From Camelus dromedarius (taxonomy: Eukaryota): a DNA stretch of 64,000 nt. The stretch's first letter is position 1; each line of letters opens with the position of its first letter. Shown piece after piece: positions 1 through 10,686 of this stretch. The notes below the pieces were generated by a model. That model was not told where the DNA came from. It saw only the letters and a program-made list of their open reading frames with translations, and made no database searches. The position numbers and the translations under genes were made by a program. Location of the stretch: positions 33,668,001 to 33,732,000 of the forward strand of contig NC_087437.1 in the NCBI RefSeq assembly GCF_036321535.1. The letters run 5' to 3'.

Positions 1-430
1 GAGTGTTCCTGGTTTGTTGATAGTGTTTCAAAATCATTTAAGTGCAGAATCTTTAAGCTTAGAGTTAAGGCATCCTATACACAATGGCTCTTAAATCTGG
101 TTACTTAGTCTTATGTCAAGAATTGAGCCTGACAGTGATGTTGTGGAGTGATGCCTGTTTTGTGCTGAATTCATTACCATCTAAACACCCTGAAGGGCGA
201 AGGATTTAGGCAGGTACCCAAAAGATGGCAGTCTTGACAGAACTGTCTTCTGATATAAAGTACAATCGTATTGGTCTGTCTCTATTGATACTGCCCTGCA
301 GGCTGATATTCTACTTTTAGAATATTCTGTAACAGCAACTCTGTGTTGCAGGTTATTACACGATGTTGCTTTCTTATAGGGTGGTATTTTGAGATGTGCT
401 GAAGTTTTCGAGAGTGGGAGTTGAGCGCTG

Positions 431-527
431 GAGTGTACGATGCATAGCAGCACTAAGTGTCATTCCCTCTATCGCTCTATCTATCCCTTCGTCTTGATTC
501 CTTCCTCATATTATATATATTTAATGT
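431..527. repeat. Unclassified ~95-bp direct repeat, copy 1
   Basis: Aligns by eye to 2205-2299 (GAGTGTACrATGCATAGCAsCACTAAGTGTCAT...CTATCCCTTCGTCTTGATyCCTTyCTCATATTATATATATTTAATGT) with about 9 substitutions and 2 nt of gap. Confidence 0.95.
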
Positions 528-648
528 CTAGTGTCCCTTGCCCACACTAGAATGTAAGGTCCATGAGGGCAGGGAGTTTGTCTGGTCTTTAGAACAGTGC
601 CTGGCATGTGATGAGCATGTGAGACATTTGCTGAATTAATAAATGTTG
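528..648 (+). mobile_element. L2 LINE 3' end fragment
   Basis: CACTAGAATGTAAGGTCCATGAGGGCAGGGAGTTTGTCTG...AGAACAGTGCCTGGCA...ATTTGCTGAATTAAT matches the L2 3' consensus. Confidence 0.85.
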
Positions 649-1087
649 TACTCTGTGAGACAGAGTGCTGTAGAGAATCCTAGGTCTGACCATGGGTCTC
701 TTTGCTTTGATTTCTTTTCTGTGCAGTGCTTCATATTGTTTAGCTGGTTGCTCTGATCTAGACCCATCCATTGGAATCCACTGGTGCGGTTTGGTTGAAT
801 CAGTAGCCCTCTCTTCTTCCCAGTATGGCTTCTGGCCAAACAACTCCATAAATAGCTCATTCCTGTTGCCTGTTGTGACCTCAAGTTGGCCCAGAGCAAT
901 TGCTCCAGTGCTTTAGCGACCTCTCACATTGGACAGAGTGAATTATCATCTTGCCTTGCTGTCCTGCCTATACTTAGCTAAGGACGCCCTCTCTTGGTTT
1001 TTAATTTATCTTTCCATAGTGGTCCTCTTGGCAGGCTTTTCTGTACTGAGGGATTTTAACAACCACTTACACATTAATGAAAGTCGG

Positions 1088-1290
1088 AATAGCTCAGTGA
1101 GCAAGAACTCAAGCATTGAATTCATGCAAACATGAGTTCAAATCCTGGTGTCAGCACTTGCCAGTTTGTGCCCTTGGACAAGTTACTTAATCCCCCTACC
1201 TCTCAGTTCCCTCGGCTGTAAAATGAGTTAATGATAATATCCACCTCACATTGTGGCATAGGATAAGCATGCAATAACTGTGGCCTAATA
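1088..1290 (+). mobile_element. MIR SINE
   Basis: GAGTTCAAATCCTGG...CCTTGGACAAGTTACTTAA...CTCAGTTCCCTCGGCTGTAAAATG is the MIR core. Confidence 0.85.
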
Positions 1291-1789
1291 ATTTGTATCT
1301 AGACCTGCCTCTTCAGGCTTAACCATTTGCTGACTCTCTGAGCCCATCTCTCACAGGCCCTACTCATTTTAAAGCTAAGAATCATCTAGCAAAAGCCATG
1401 CTATGTTGTCTCTTCTACCATGTCTCCTACCATGCCCACTGTCCTAGGGGTGCTCATCTATAATTTGCATGGGACAGCAACATTTAAAAACACATTTTTG
1501 ATAGGTAAAAAAGTTTACATCATGAGAATGCTGATCTGTACTTAACAAATACTGACATTAAAAAAAAGACCAATGTCTACTATCACCATGTTCTCATCAA
1601 AAACTATTTTAACTACCCCCAAATCTAGAAAGGATAAAATCTTGGAATACAGAACAGTCCTTCTCAAAAAAGAATGTCTAGCAACTATACCTGTCCTGCG
1701 CCATCTATAAATTTGTATCTTTATCACTCTGCCTTTGTTTTCTTTTTCTCATTTCACCAGAGACCTGTGAATATTTTGTACAGACAAGC

Positions 1790-1950
1790 ACTAGTTGATA
1801 GTCCAGCATTTGGAAACCCTTCTTTATCATGTCAAAACTGTCTCAAGCTACTTTGAAATTTTCTGGGGAAGATTCTGTAGCCTCCTTTGAATACTCTTCT
1901 AATAGTCACTCCTACTCTCTGTCAGAAATTTTAATCCCATATGAAACCTT
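1790..1950. mobile_element. L3/CR1 LINE remnant
   Basis: GGGGAAGATTCTGTAGCCTCCTTTG...CTCTCTGTCAGAAATT resembles the CR1/L3 motif GGAGATTCCACAACCTCCCT...CACTGTCAGGAAGTT. Confidence 0.45.
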
Positions 1951-2204
1951 ATGACCTCTATGTGGTGACCTGCTGTAGTTCACTTAATATCTCCTCACTG
2001 TCAGTCGAACAATAGAGACATGCCTACATACTAGACACTCTGTTTGTGTAGTCTACATGGAGTTGGGGCATACTGGCTATCTTGGATATTCCAGATAAAA
2101 TTTGTTCACAAACCAGAAATTTTTCCCTTTCACAGAGAATTGTAAGACTTCATTCCTACCAGCTAGCCTCACCCAAAACGCTCTCACCCCTAGAACGTCC
2201 TGAA

Positions 2205-2299
2205 GAGTGTACAATGCATAGCACCACTAAGTGTCATCAACTCTGTCACTCACTATCCCTTCGTCTTGATCCCTTTCTCATATTATATATATTTAATGT
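2205..2299. repeat. Unclassified ~95-bp direct repeat, copy 2
   Basis: Direct-orientation copy of 431-527, about 1.77 kb downstream. Confidence 0.95.
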
Positions 2300-3676
2300 G
2301 GTCAGATAAGTTAAATAATGCAAGAGGTAATAACTGTTCAAACCATATAAAGAATATCACGAGACAGCATATGATTAATTGCCAAATTAATGGCATTGAA
2401 AATCTATAGCCCAGAATTAGTGAGTACTCACTGTTGCTTTCAGTGTCTATGTTCACTTACTCATAAAATGGCACATTCTTGCCTTCACCACTTTTTTCAG
2501 ATACCTCTCTTTATTTCTATTACAACCTTCTAATTCTTGCCTAATTCCTGATCCTACCAGCAATCTTTCTAACCACCATCTCCAGCATCTCCCCTTTTTT
2601 CTTATCTTGAGTTCTTCTGACTCCTTTGATCAAGCTTCTTCACTTCTCAAAGTGCACCTGAAACAATGATTTTTATCAAGCACCACCTTATGTTTGACAT
2701 ATCCTCTGTAATTTTTCACAGAATCCCAGTTACTGAATTACCTAATGCCCCTTTTCCAGTGGTTTTGTGCTACCGTTTAAGTATGTTGCCTCTCTCTTCT
2801 TCAATGACTAAACCCCTCTCACCTACCAGTTATGCCCCACCTCCTCGCTTCTCCCCCTACCACATTTTCCCCTTGTTTCGGATATCTGATCATGGTGATT
2901 TTTGGTTAGTAGCCCTAAGATTCTTTTTTAGAACTTAACTGTAATCCTTAACACTGGCCTGGGAGTCAGAGGACTGAGGCTGAAGTCCTGAAGAGCTCCA
3001 TACTAACTAACTTTGAAAAAGTCACTGACCCAGTTAAAAACCATAGAGTAAAATGATAATTCTAGAAATTAGTACTCTAAAAAATGTTATTACTTAATTA
3101 AATAAAAATAAGGCAGTCCTATGAAGTAGCCTTTGTCCCTAACAACAGCAGCAAAACTGTCTTCTAAAATATTGCTGATTCCTGCAATCCACATGTCTGA
3201 CAATGCCTAGGGTAGCAGGCATGGTGGGAGATGTGGGCAGAGAGACAATGTAGCTTAGACTTTATCAGATGATGCTTAACTTTAAATTCAGCAGAGCCTG
3301 TGAGAGATGGTCTGGATGGTCAGTGAGTGGTTAAGCCTGGAGAGATAGGTCTAAACACAAACTACTAATTTTAAGAATAGGTAGGTTATTGAGTATAACC
3401 AAACTAATACATCAGCAAATGAGATAATGTACATGACTGCACTTTGTAACCTCTGAACGTTACATAAATAAATCAGTTCTACTACTATTCTGCAGCTGAT
3501 TACATCCTACTAATGTTTCATCTGAGTGACAAGCAATGAAAAGAAGTAACAGCATCTGGGTCTAGATCATAGCCTGACCCTAACCCACTGGAGGGCGTAT
3601 CCCTGGGATTTTTTATTTTTATTTTTATCTGAAAAAATGGGGCCCTTTTTTCTCATTTCAAAAATTTAATGATATC

Positions 3677-6576
3677 TGCCACAAACTATAATATGCCAAC
3701 AAATTTGACAGCCCAGAAGAAATGGGTATATTCCTAGAAGTGTACAACCTACCAAGACTGAGTAGTGAGGAAATGAAAAATTGAAAATAGTGAAGAGATT
3801 GAATCAGTAGTCAAAAACCTCCCTACAAACAAAAGTCCAGGACCAAATGACTTTGGTGGTTAATTCTACCAAACATTTAAAGGAGAATTAATACTAGTCC
3901 TTCTCAAAGTCCTTCAAAAAATAGAAGAAAGAATACTTTCAAACTCATTTTATGAAACCAACATTACCCTGATCCTAAACCAGGCAAGGATAGTACAAAA
4001 AAAGGAAATGATAGGCCATTACCCCTGATGAACACAGATGCAAACATCCTCAACAAAATTTCAGCAAACCTAATTCAACAATATATTAAAAAGCTCATAC
4101 ACTATGATCAAATGAGAGTTATTCCAAGGATGCAAAATGGCTCAACATCCCACTAATCAATCAATGTGATACACCACGTTAATAAAATAAATGTTAAAAA
4201 GTATATGATCATCTCAATAGATGCAGAAAAAGCATTTGACAAAATTACACATTTATAAAAACTCTCAAGAAACTTGATATAGAGGGAACATATCTCAACA
4301 AAATAAAGACCATATATGTTAAGCCCACCACTAACATCATACTCAGTGGTGGAAAGCTGAAAGCTTTTCCTCTAAGATCAGGAACAAGACAAGGCTGTCT
4401 GCTCTTAGAACTTTTATTCAACACAGTACTGGAAATCTTGGCCAGAGCAATTAGGCAAGGAAAGGAAAGAAAAGACATGCAAAGTGGAAAGGAAGAAGTA
4501 AAACTGTCTCTATTTGTACATGTCATGATATTATAACAGAAAATCCTAAAGACTCCATTAAAAAACTGCTAGAACTAATCAATGAATTTAGTAAAGTTGC
4601 TAACAATGAACTGTCACTTAAGTTCACTAGCAGTGAACTACCAGAAAGAGAAATTATGAAAACAATCCCATTTACAGTTGCATTGAAAAGATTTAACCAA
4701 AGAGGTGAAAGATACGCATATTGAAAACTATAAGATATTGATGAAAGAAATTAAGGACACAAAGAAATGGAAAGATATACTGTGCTCATGGATTGGAAGA
4801 ATTAATATTATTAAGATTCCACACTTCCTAAAGCAATCTGTAGATTTAGTACAATCTTTATCAAAATTCCAATGATATTTATCACAGAAATGGAGAAAAC
4901 AATCCTGAAACTTCTATGAAACCACAAAAGAACCCAAGTAGCTAAAGCAATCTTGAAACAGAAGAACAAAGCTGAAGATAACATGCTCCCTGATTTCAGA
5001 CTACATTACAAAGGCCTAGTAATCAAAACAGTATGATGCTGGCACAAAAATGGACACACAGATCAGAACAGAATAGTGAGCCCAGAAATAAACCCATGTA
5101 CATATGGTTGATAAATTTATGACAAAGGAGCCAAGAATATACAATTGGGGAAATAATAATCTCTTCAACAAATGATGTTGGGAAAACTGGACAGCCACAT
5201 GCAAAAGAATGAAATTGAATCGACCTTACATTGTACATAAAAATCGACTCAAAATGGATTAAAGACTTGAATGTAAGACTTGAGACAATAAAGCTCCTAG
5301 AAGAAAGCACATTGAGAAATAGCTCCTTGATGTTAGTCTTTTTGATAATTTTCAGGATATAACACCAAAAGCAAAGACAACAAAGCCAGAACAAAGAGAT
5401 CAACTACATCAAACTAAAAGCTTCTGCACAGCAAAGAAAACTATGGGCAAAATGAAAAAGTAAGCTATGGAATGGATAAAATATTTGCAAATCATATATC
5501 TGATAAGGAGTTAATATCCAAAATATATAAAGAACTCATACAACTCAATAGCAAAAAAAAAAAAAAAAAAAAAAAAAACTGATTAAAAAAATAAGCAAAG
5601 TAACTGAATAGACTCTTTCCAAAAAAAAAAAAAAAAAAAAAGTCATACAAATGGCCAACAGGTACATGAAAGGAGGCTCAACATCACCAATTATTAGGGA
5701 AATACAAGTCAAAATAACAAGATATCACCTCATACCCGCTAAAATGGTTGTCTCCCAAAAGACAGGAGATAGCAAATGTTGGTGAGACTGCAGAGAAAAG
5801 GGAACCCTTGTGTACTATTAGGGGAAATGCAAATTGGTGCGGCCACTATGGAAAACAGTATGGAGGTTCTTCAAAAAATTAAAAATACAACTACTGTATG
5901 ATTCAGCAGTCTTATTTTTGGGTATATGTCCAAAGAAAATGGAAGCAGGATATCAAAGAGATATCTGGCCTCCCATGTTCTTTGAAGCATTATTCACAAT
6001 AACCAAGATATGGAAGCAGCCTAAGTATCCATCAACAGATGATTGTATAAAGAAGATATGAGATAGACATAAAACGTTGTTCAGTCATGAGAAAGAAGAA
6101 AACCCTGACATTTGCAACATGAATGAAACTTGAGGGCATTGTGTTAAGTGAAATAAGCCAGGCAAAGACAAATGATGTATGATATCACTTATATGTGGAA
6201 CCTAAAAGAATCAAACTCAGAAACAGAGAGTAGAAAAGTGGTTGCCATGGGCTGAGGTTTGCAGGAAATAGGGAGAGGTTCGTAAAAGGTTACAAAATTT
6301 CAGCCGTAAGATGAGTAAAGCCTGAAGATCAAATGTAAAACATAGTGACTATAGTTGATAACACTTCATTGTGTAACTGAAATTTGCTGTTAGAACTAAA
6401 TGTTCTTACCAAAATAAAATAAAATAATAAAATAAATACATGAGGTGATAGATGTGTTAATTAAGTAGATGGGAGGAATCCTTTTACAGTGTATCCACAT
6501 CAAATCACCTCAGTGTACACTTTAAATATCTTACTATTTTATATGTCAATTATACATCAAAAAGCTGAAACTTAAG
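3677..6576 (+). mobile_element. 5'-truncated L1 (decayed ORF2 RT and C-terminal region plus 3' UTR; L1MA-like)
   Basis: Continuous L1 ORF2-like sequence (e.g. ATGATCATCTCAATAGATGCAGAAAAAGCATTTGACAAAATT = [14 protein letters not shown]; track ORF 5834-6061 resembles the ORF2 C-terminus). Probable TSD AA(A/G)ATTTAATG(A/G)TATC at 3661-3676 and 6577-6592. Many stops and frameshifts. Confidence 0.95.
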
Positions 6577-7519
6577 AAGATTTAATGGTATCAGTGACAA
6601 TTTTCAGATTCCTAGTCCATTGTCTTCTGTGAAAACCTGTTAAATATTTGTAGCTTTTACTCTTTAAATCCCTAGTCTGGCATCACTTTTATTTATTTCA
6701 ATAATTTAACTATCATCCATGATATCCTTTTGCCAATAAAATGGTAAACAATATAAATGTGCTATCCAGGAGTTTTATTTCAATAATGGCAACTTAGCAA
6801 TACTGTAATACGGATAATACCTCATGTTGTGTATCACTTAGCTGTACATGTGGATATTTTTTCTCATTTCAAGAATGAAATAGTATTTCAGGGAGATAAG
6901 TGGTCAGTGTTATGTCTATATGACTTAACATCTGTAGCTAAGGATCCTAATGTTGGGGGCAGGATGGGAATAAAACAAATGTATTTGATATTATTTATGT
7001 GCAAATATATGTAGGATTGATTTTTTTTTAAAGAAAAATCTTTCAAATTCATGGATAACTGCCCCCGAGTGATACTTGTCATGAACATAAATAAAACTGA
7101 AGAGACCAATTTGGTATGTAAATAACCCAAGGGCAGCTAAATGAAAAGTGAACAATTTATCTCATATCCAGATGTATTGTCTGGACAATGACAAACATAT
7201 GCACATGTTAAATATTCAACATATGTAGAAAGTTGGGGTGATTCAGTTAAAATATTAGGATTGATTGATTTCTTTTTCTTTTTGTTGTGAGTAATCAACT
7301 GACCCTGGACATAATCCATGAGCAATATACAGGGAAACAAAAATCGTTCTTTCCAACCACGTTCACACTCCTGAGAACTATCTGTGGGTGAACAGTGTCA
7401 GAAAAAGAATCAGGCTAGGAAGCCTATGTTCTGGTCCCATATTTTCCAATTACTATGTGACTTTAGACACAATGCTTTCTTCTTTATGCATTAGTTTCTC
7501 CATGTGTTCATTCCTTTCA

Positions 7520-8060
7520 TGAGTGTGATCTTGCTGAAACCTAAATTGAGTATGTCACTACTCTGCTCAAAACCCTCCAATAGATTTCAGTTGGAGTAAA
7601 GACCAGTCTTTGCAATAACCTTTGAGGCTGTGAATCTGGACCCCTGTCTCTCCTCTGACCTCCACTCTCACTGATTCTCGCTTGCTCACCCTATACCAGC
7701 CACACTGGCCTCCAACAGACCAAACACATTCCCTCCCTCTTTCCCCCAGTTATCTGTGTAGTTGATTTCCTTCTTTCCTTAAGTCTTTACTCAAACATCA
7801 CATTCTCAGTGAGGCTGTCCTGTCTCAACACTCCTTATGCCCTTTCCTGTTTGATTTTTCTCTGTGGCCCTTGTAATCATCATACTGTGCATTTTACTGG
7901 TTTATTTTGTTGATTGTCTGTCTCCCTTCATAGAATGAAGCACCACAAAAACAGAGATTTTTTTGGTCTGTCTTGTTCACTGTTCCATCTCCAGCACCTA
8001 GAGCCATAGCTGGAACCTAAAAGGCATTTAACAAATATTTGTTGAAGGAATAAATGAATC
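7520..8060 (+). mobile_element. L2 LINE 3' fragment
   Basis: ATGTCACTACTCTGCTCAAAACCCTCCAA...TCTTGTTCACTGTTCCATCTCCAGCACCTAG...AAATATTTGTTGAAGGAATAAATGAA. Confidence 0.85.
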
Positions 8061-8869
8061 GATCATTTACTTCTTGAGCAAATGTAACTCAGTGTACATT
8101 ATGCTGGCTGTTGAGGATCCAAAGGTGAATAAAACTGCAATCCTAACCCTTAGGAAGGTCACAATCTGCAGATGTGAACCAACTCTTGCCAAGTACCTAG
8201 GTAAGTTTAATGAGATACAGGAATATTGGTCATATGGAGGTTGGAGCATCAGACTTCTATAAAGACTGGGGAAGATTTCATGGAGGAAGGGAATTTCAAG
8301 CTGAGATGTGTAGCATTCACCAGTTGGCCAAAGCCAGAAGTACTAAGGGGGAAAGAAGTCAGATATAAGGTCACAAAATTTTAAAAATTAAAGAAACTGT
8401 ATATATGGAAGTGCTTTGCAAACTAATGTAATAATAGAGGGTATGTATTACTATTATCTACCTATGTTTTTTCTTTTCCCATTGATCATCTCACAGGATA
8501 TTCTATGGTACAACTTTATGGCAAAAGACAGTCATACACATTTGGATTTGAATAGATAATCAAAATTGAGATATTCATATTGACCAGAGAATATCTGTCA
8601 AAGAATATATGAAAGTTTTGCATGCCAAAGCATTTTAAAATCTGTTTTTCAGTAATTAAAAACTGTTATCTCTAATTTCTCAGGCTGAGTACAAATTAAG
8701 TAGGGCACTGAAAAAAATTAGTCTTAAAATAAGGCATGCTATATTTCTCAAGTGCACAAATTGTTAATTAGAATTGGCAAGTGAACAGAAGGTGCTTAAA
8801 ATAAAGACCTTCCATTTCAAATTAAAACTGAAAATGGACCCTACTTGGCACTGGCATTAAAAAAATCTA

Positions 8870-9820
8870 AGAATTATGGGGGCTGATTGAGAATTTCTGA
8901 AATCTTTAAATAATTTTGATTTAAAATTTTTATAGTTAGTGATTGAAATGTGTATTTTGTCTTTTTATTTTAGTAGTCAATTTTTAATAGTTTAGAATGC
9001 AAATAACTTTTTAGAACACACGAAAAATGACTTATTTTTGTATTTTTATTTTATTTTATTTTAATTTACATTTTTTATAATGGACTCAAACTTTGTACAC
9101 CTTGAAATCATTGGATTTTGGCTTTTAATCATTTAAATCAGGAGTCAGCAGACTCTGCCCTGCAGACCAGATCTGCACCTGTTTTTGTGGTCTGCATGCT
9201 AAGAATGTATTTACATCTTTAAGTTGTTGAAAAAACTCAAAAGAACAGTAATATTTGTGGCATATAATAATTATATGAAATTCTGACTTTAATGTCCATA
9301 AGTAAAACTTCATTGGAACACACTCACTCATCTGTTTAAGTGCTGCTTATGGCCGCTCTCCCATGACAATAGCAGAGTTGAGTAGTGGCAACAGAGACTG
9401 AATGCCCCACAATGCTGAAAATATTTCCATTTGTCTTTTACAGAAAAAGTATGCGAACTCCTGCTTTTAATCATTACTTTCAGTAGAACACAAATTATGT
9501 GAAGAACTTGATTATAATAGCATAGTATATCTTCAAGCAAAATAACTTATTTATATTTTAAATAAACAACTTATCAATCATATAGTTTTAATTTTATTAC
9601 TCTTCTAAACATCACTGGCCCATTAGTAGAACATACAAAAACTATAGCTGTCCATGCATATTTTGAATTTTGGTATTTTCAGTGTGCGTTTGTCAGTAGT
9701 GAAAGAATGAATATATTTTATTTAACAGTTTGTTTACTTGGCTTATAATTTTAAGTATTTAGATGTGTATTAGGTGGGTCTCCATTTGTGTTCTTGCTCC
9801 CAGCTCTGCAATGTTTGGGA
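8870..9820. mobile_element. Old hAT (Tip100-like) DNA transposon remnant, interrupted by MER58
   Basis: AT-rich body ending in GTGGGTCTCCATTTGTGTTCTTGCTCCCAGCTCTGCAATGTT, which resembles Zaphod/MER115-type termini. Family assignment is uncertain. Confidence 0.4.
9139..9463. mobile_element. MER58-like hAT-Charlie non-autonomous DNA transposon
   Basis: Termini CAGGAGTCAGCA and TGCGAACTCCTG, internal AAAACTTCATTGGAACACAC and GCAGAGTTGAGTAGTGGCAACAGAGAC, degenerate 8-bp TSD ATTTAAAT/CTTTTAAT. Confidence 0.85.
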
Positions 9821-10352
9821 AGCTGAAAACAGAGCAAACACAGAGAAACAGAAAGGTGCAGGAAGTAAGCAGGGTGATGGCCAAGCAATCGATTTGACAG
9901 AAGACACTTTTTAAAAAAATGAGCAATAAATAAAGTAATTAATTAATGAAAATTTTAAAATGAGCAAAGTAAAGTCAAAGAAGCATTCATATCTCTGGGT
10001 CTTATGGGAATCTGTGGGTCCTAAGAAAAAAGATTAATTTTAGGAAAAGCTATCTCTTCCTAAGAAGAGAAGGAGCAAACTGACCTACAATAAGGTTATT
10101 GGTCATACTGTTACTTATGATGAGACATGACTAACTGCCTCAATCCATGTATTAAGGAATTATTAAGAATCCAGAGGTTATAGAAAGATTTAATTTCAAA
10201 ATTATTTATCATAATGACCTTACATGGAACTTTCAACCCTATGGCATTAAAGATGCAATAATTAATGCTGCTTGTGACTGAGACTCATTTGTCAGCAACA
10301 TTTATTGAGTACCTTTTGGGTTGCAGACATTGCACCAGGAGCGATGGCATAG

Positions 10353-10686
10353 AGCTATGTAGTCCAATATGGTGACCATTAGCCATGTGTTGGCTATTGA
10401 ACTCTTTGACAGTGGCTGGTTCAAACACAATTGTGATGCGTGCTCTAAATATAAAATACACACTGGATTTGGAAGATTTACTATGATAAAAAAAAAATGT
10501 GGAAGTCTTCATTCATAGTTTTTTATATTGGTTACATGTTGAAAAAATAACATTTTAGATATATTGGTTATATAAAATATTATTAAAATTAATATTACTT
10601 GTTTCCTTTTACCATTCATAATATGACTACTAGAAAATTTTTAACTACATATATGGCTCCCATTATATTTCCATTGGATGACATTG
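10353..10686. mobile_element. MER33-like hAT-Charlie DNA transposon
   Basis: GTCCAATATGGTGACCATTAGCCATGTG...AAAATACACACTGGATTT...CATTATATTTCCATTGGATGACATTG. Confidence 0.8.

Noticed and set aside
431..2299. Direct repeats as a DGR template/variable pair, CRISPR repeats or LTRs
   Set aside because: Differences are not restricted to adenines, there are only two copies 1.77 kb apart, there are no TG...CA ends, PBS or PPT, and the interior is host-type decayed repeats.
4245..5403. Minus-strand hydrophobic ORFs
   Set aside because: These are antisense readings of A-rich L1 ORF2, a common artefact.
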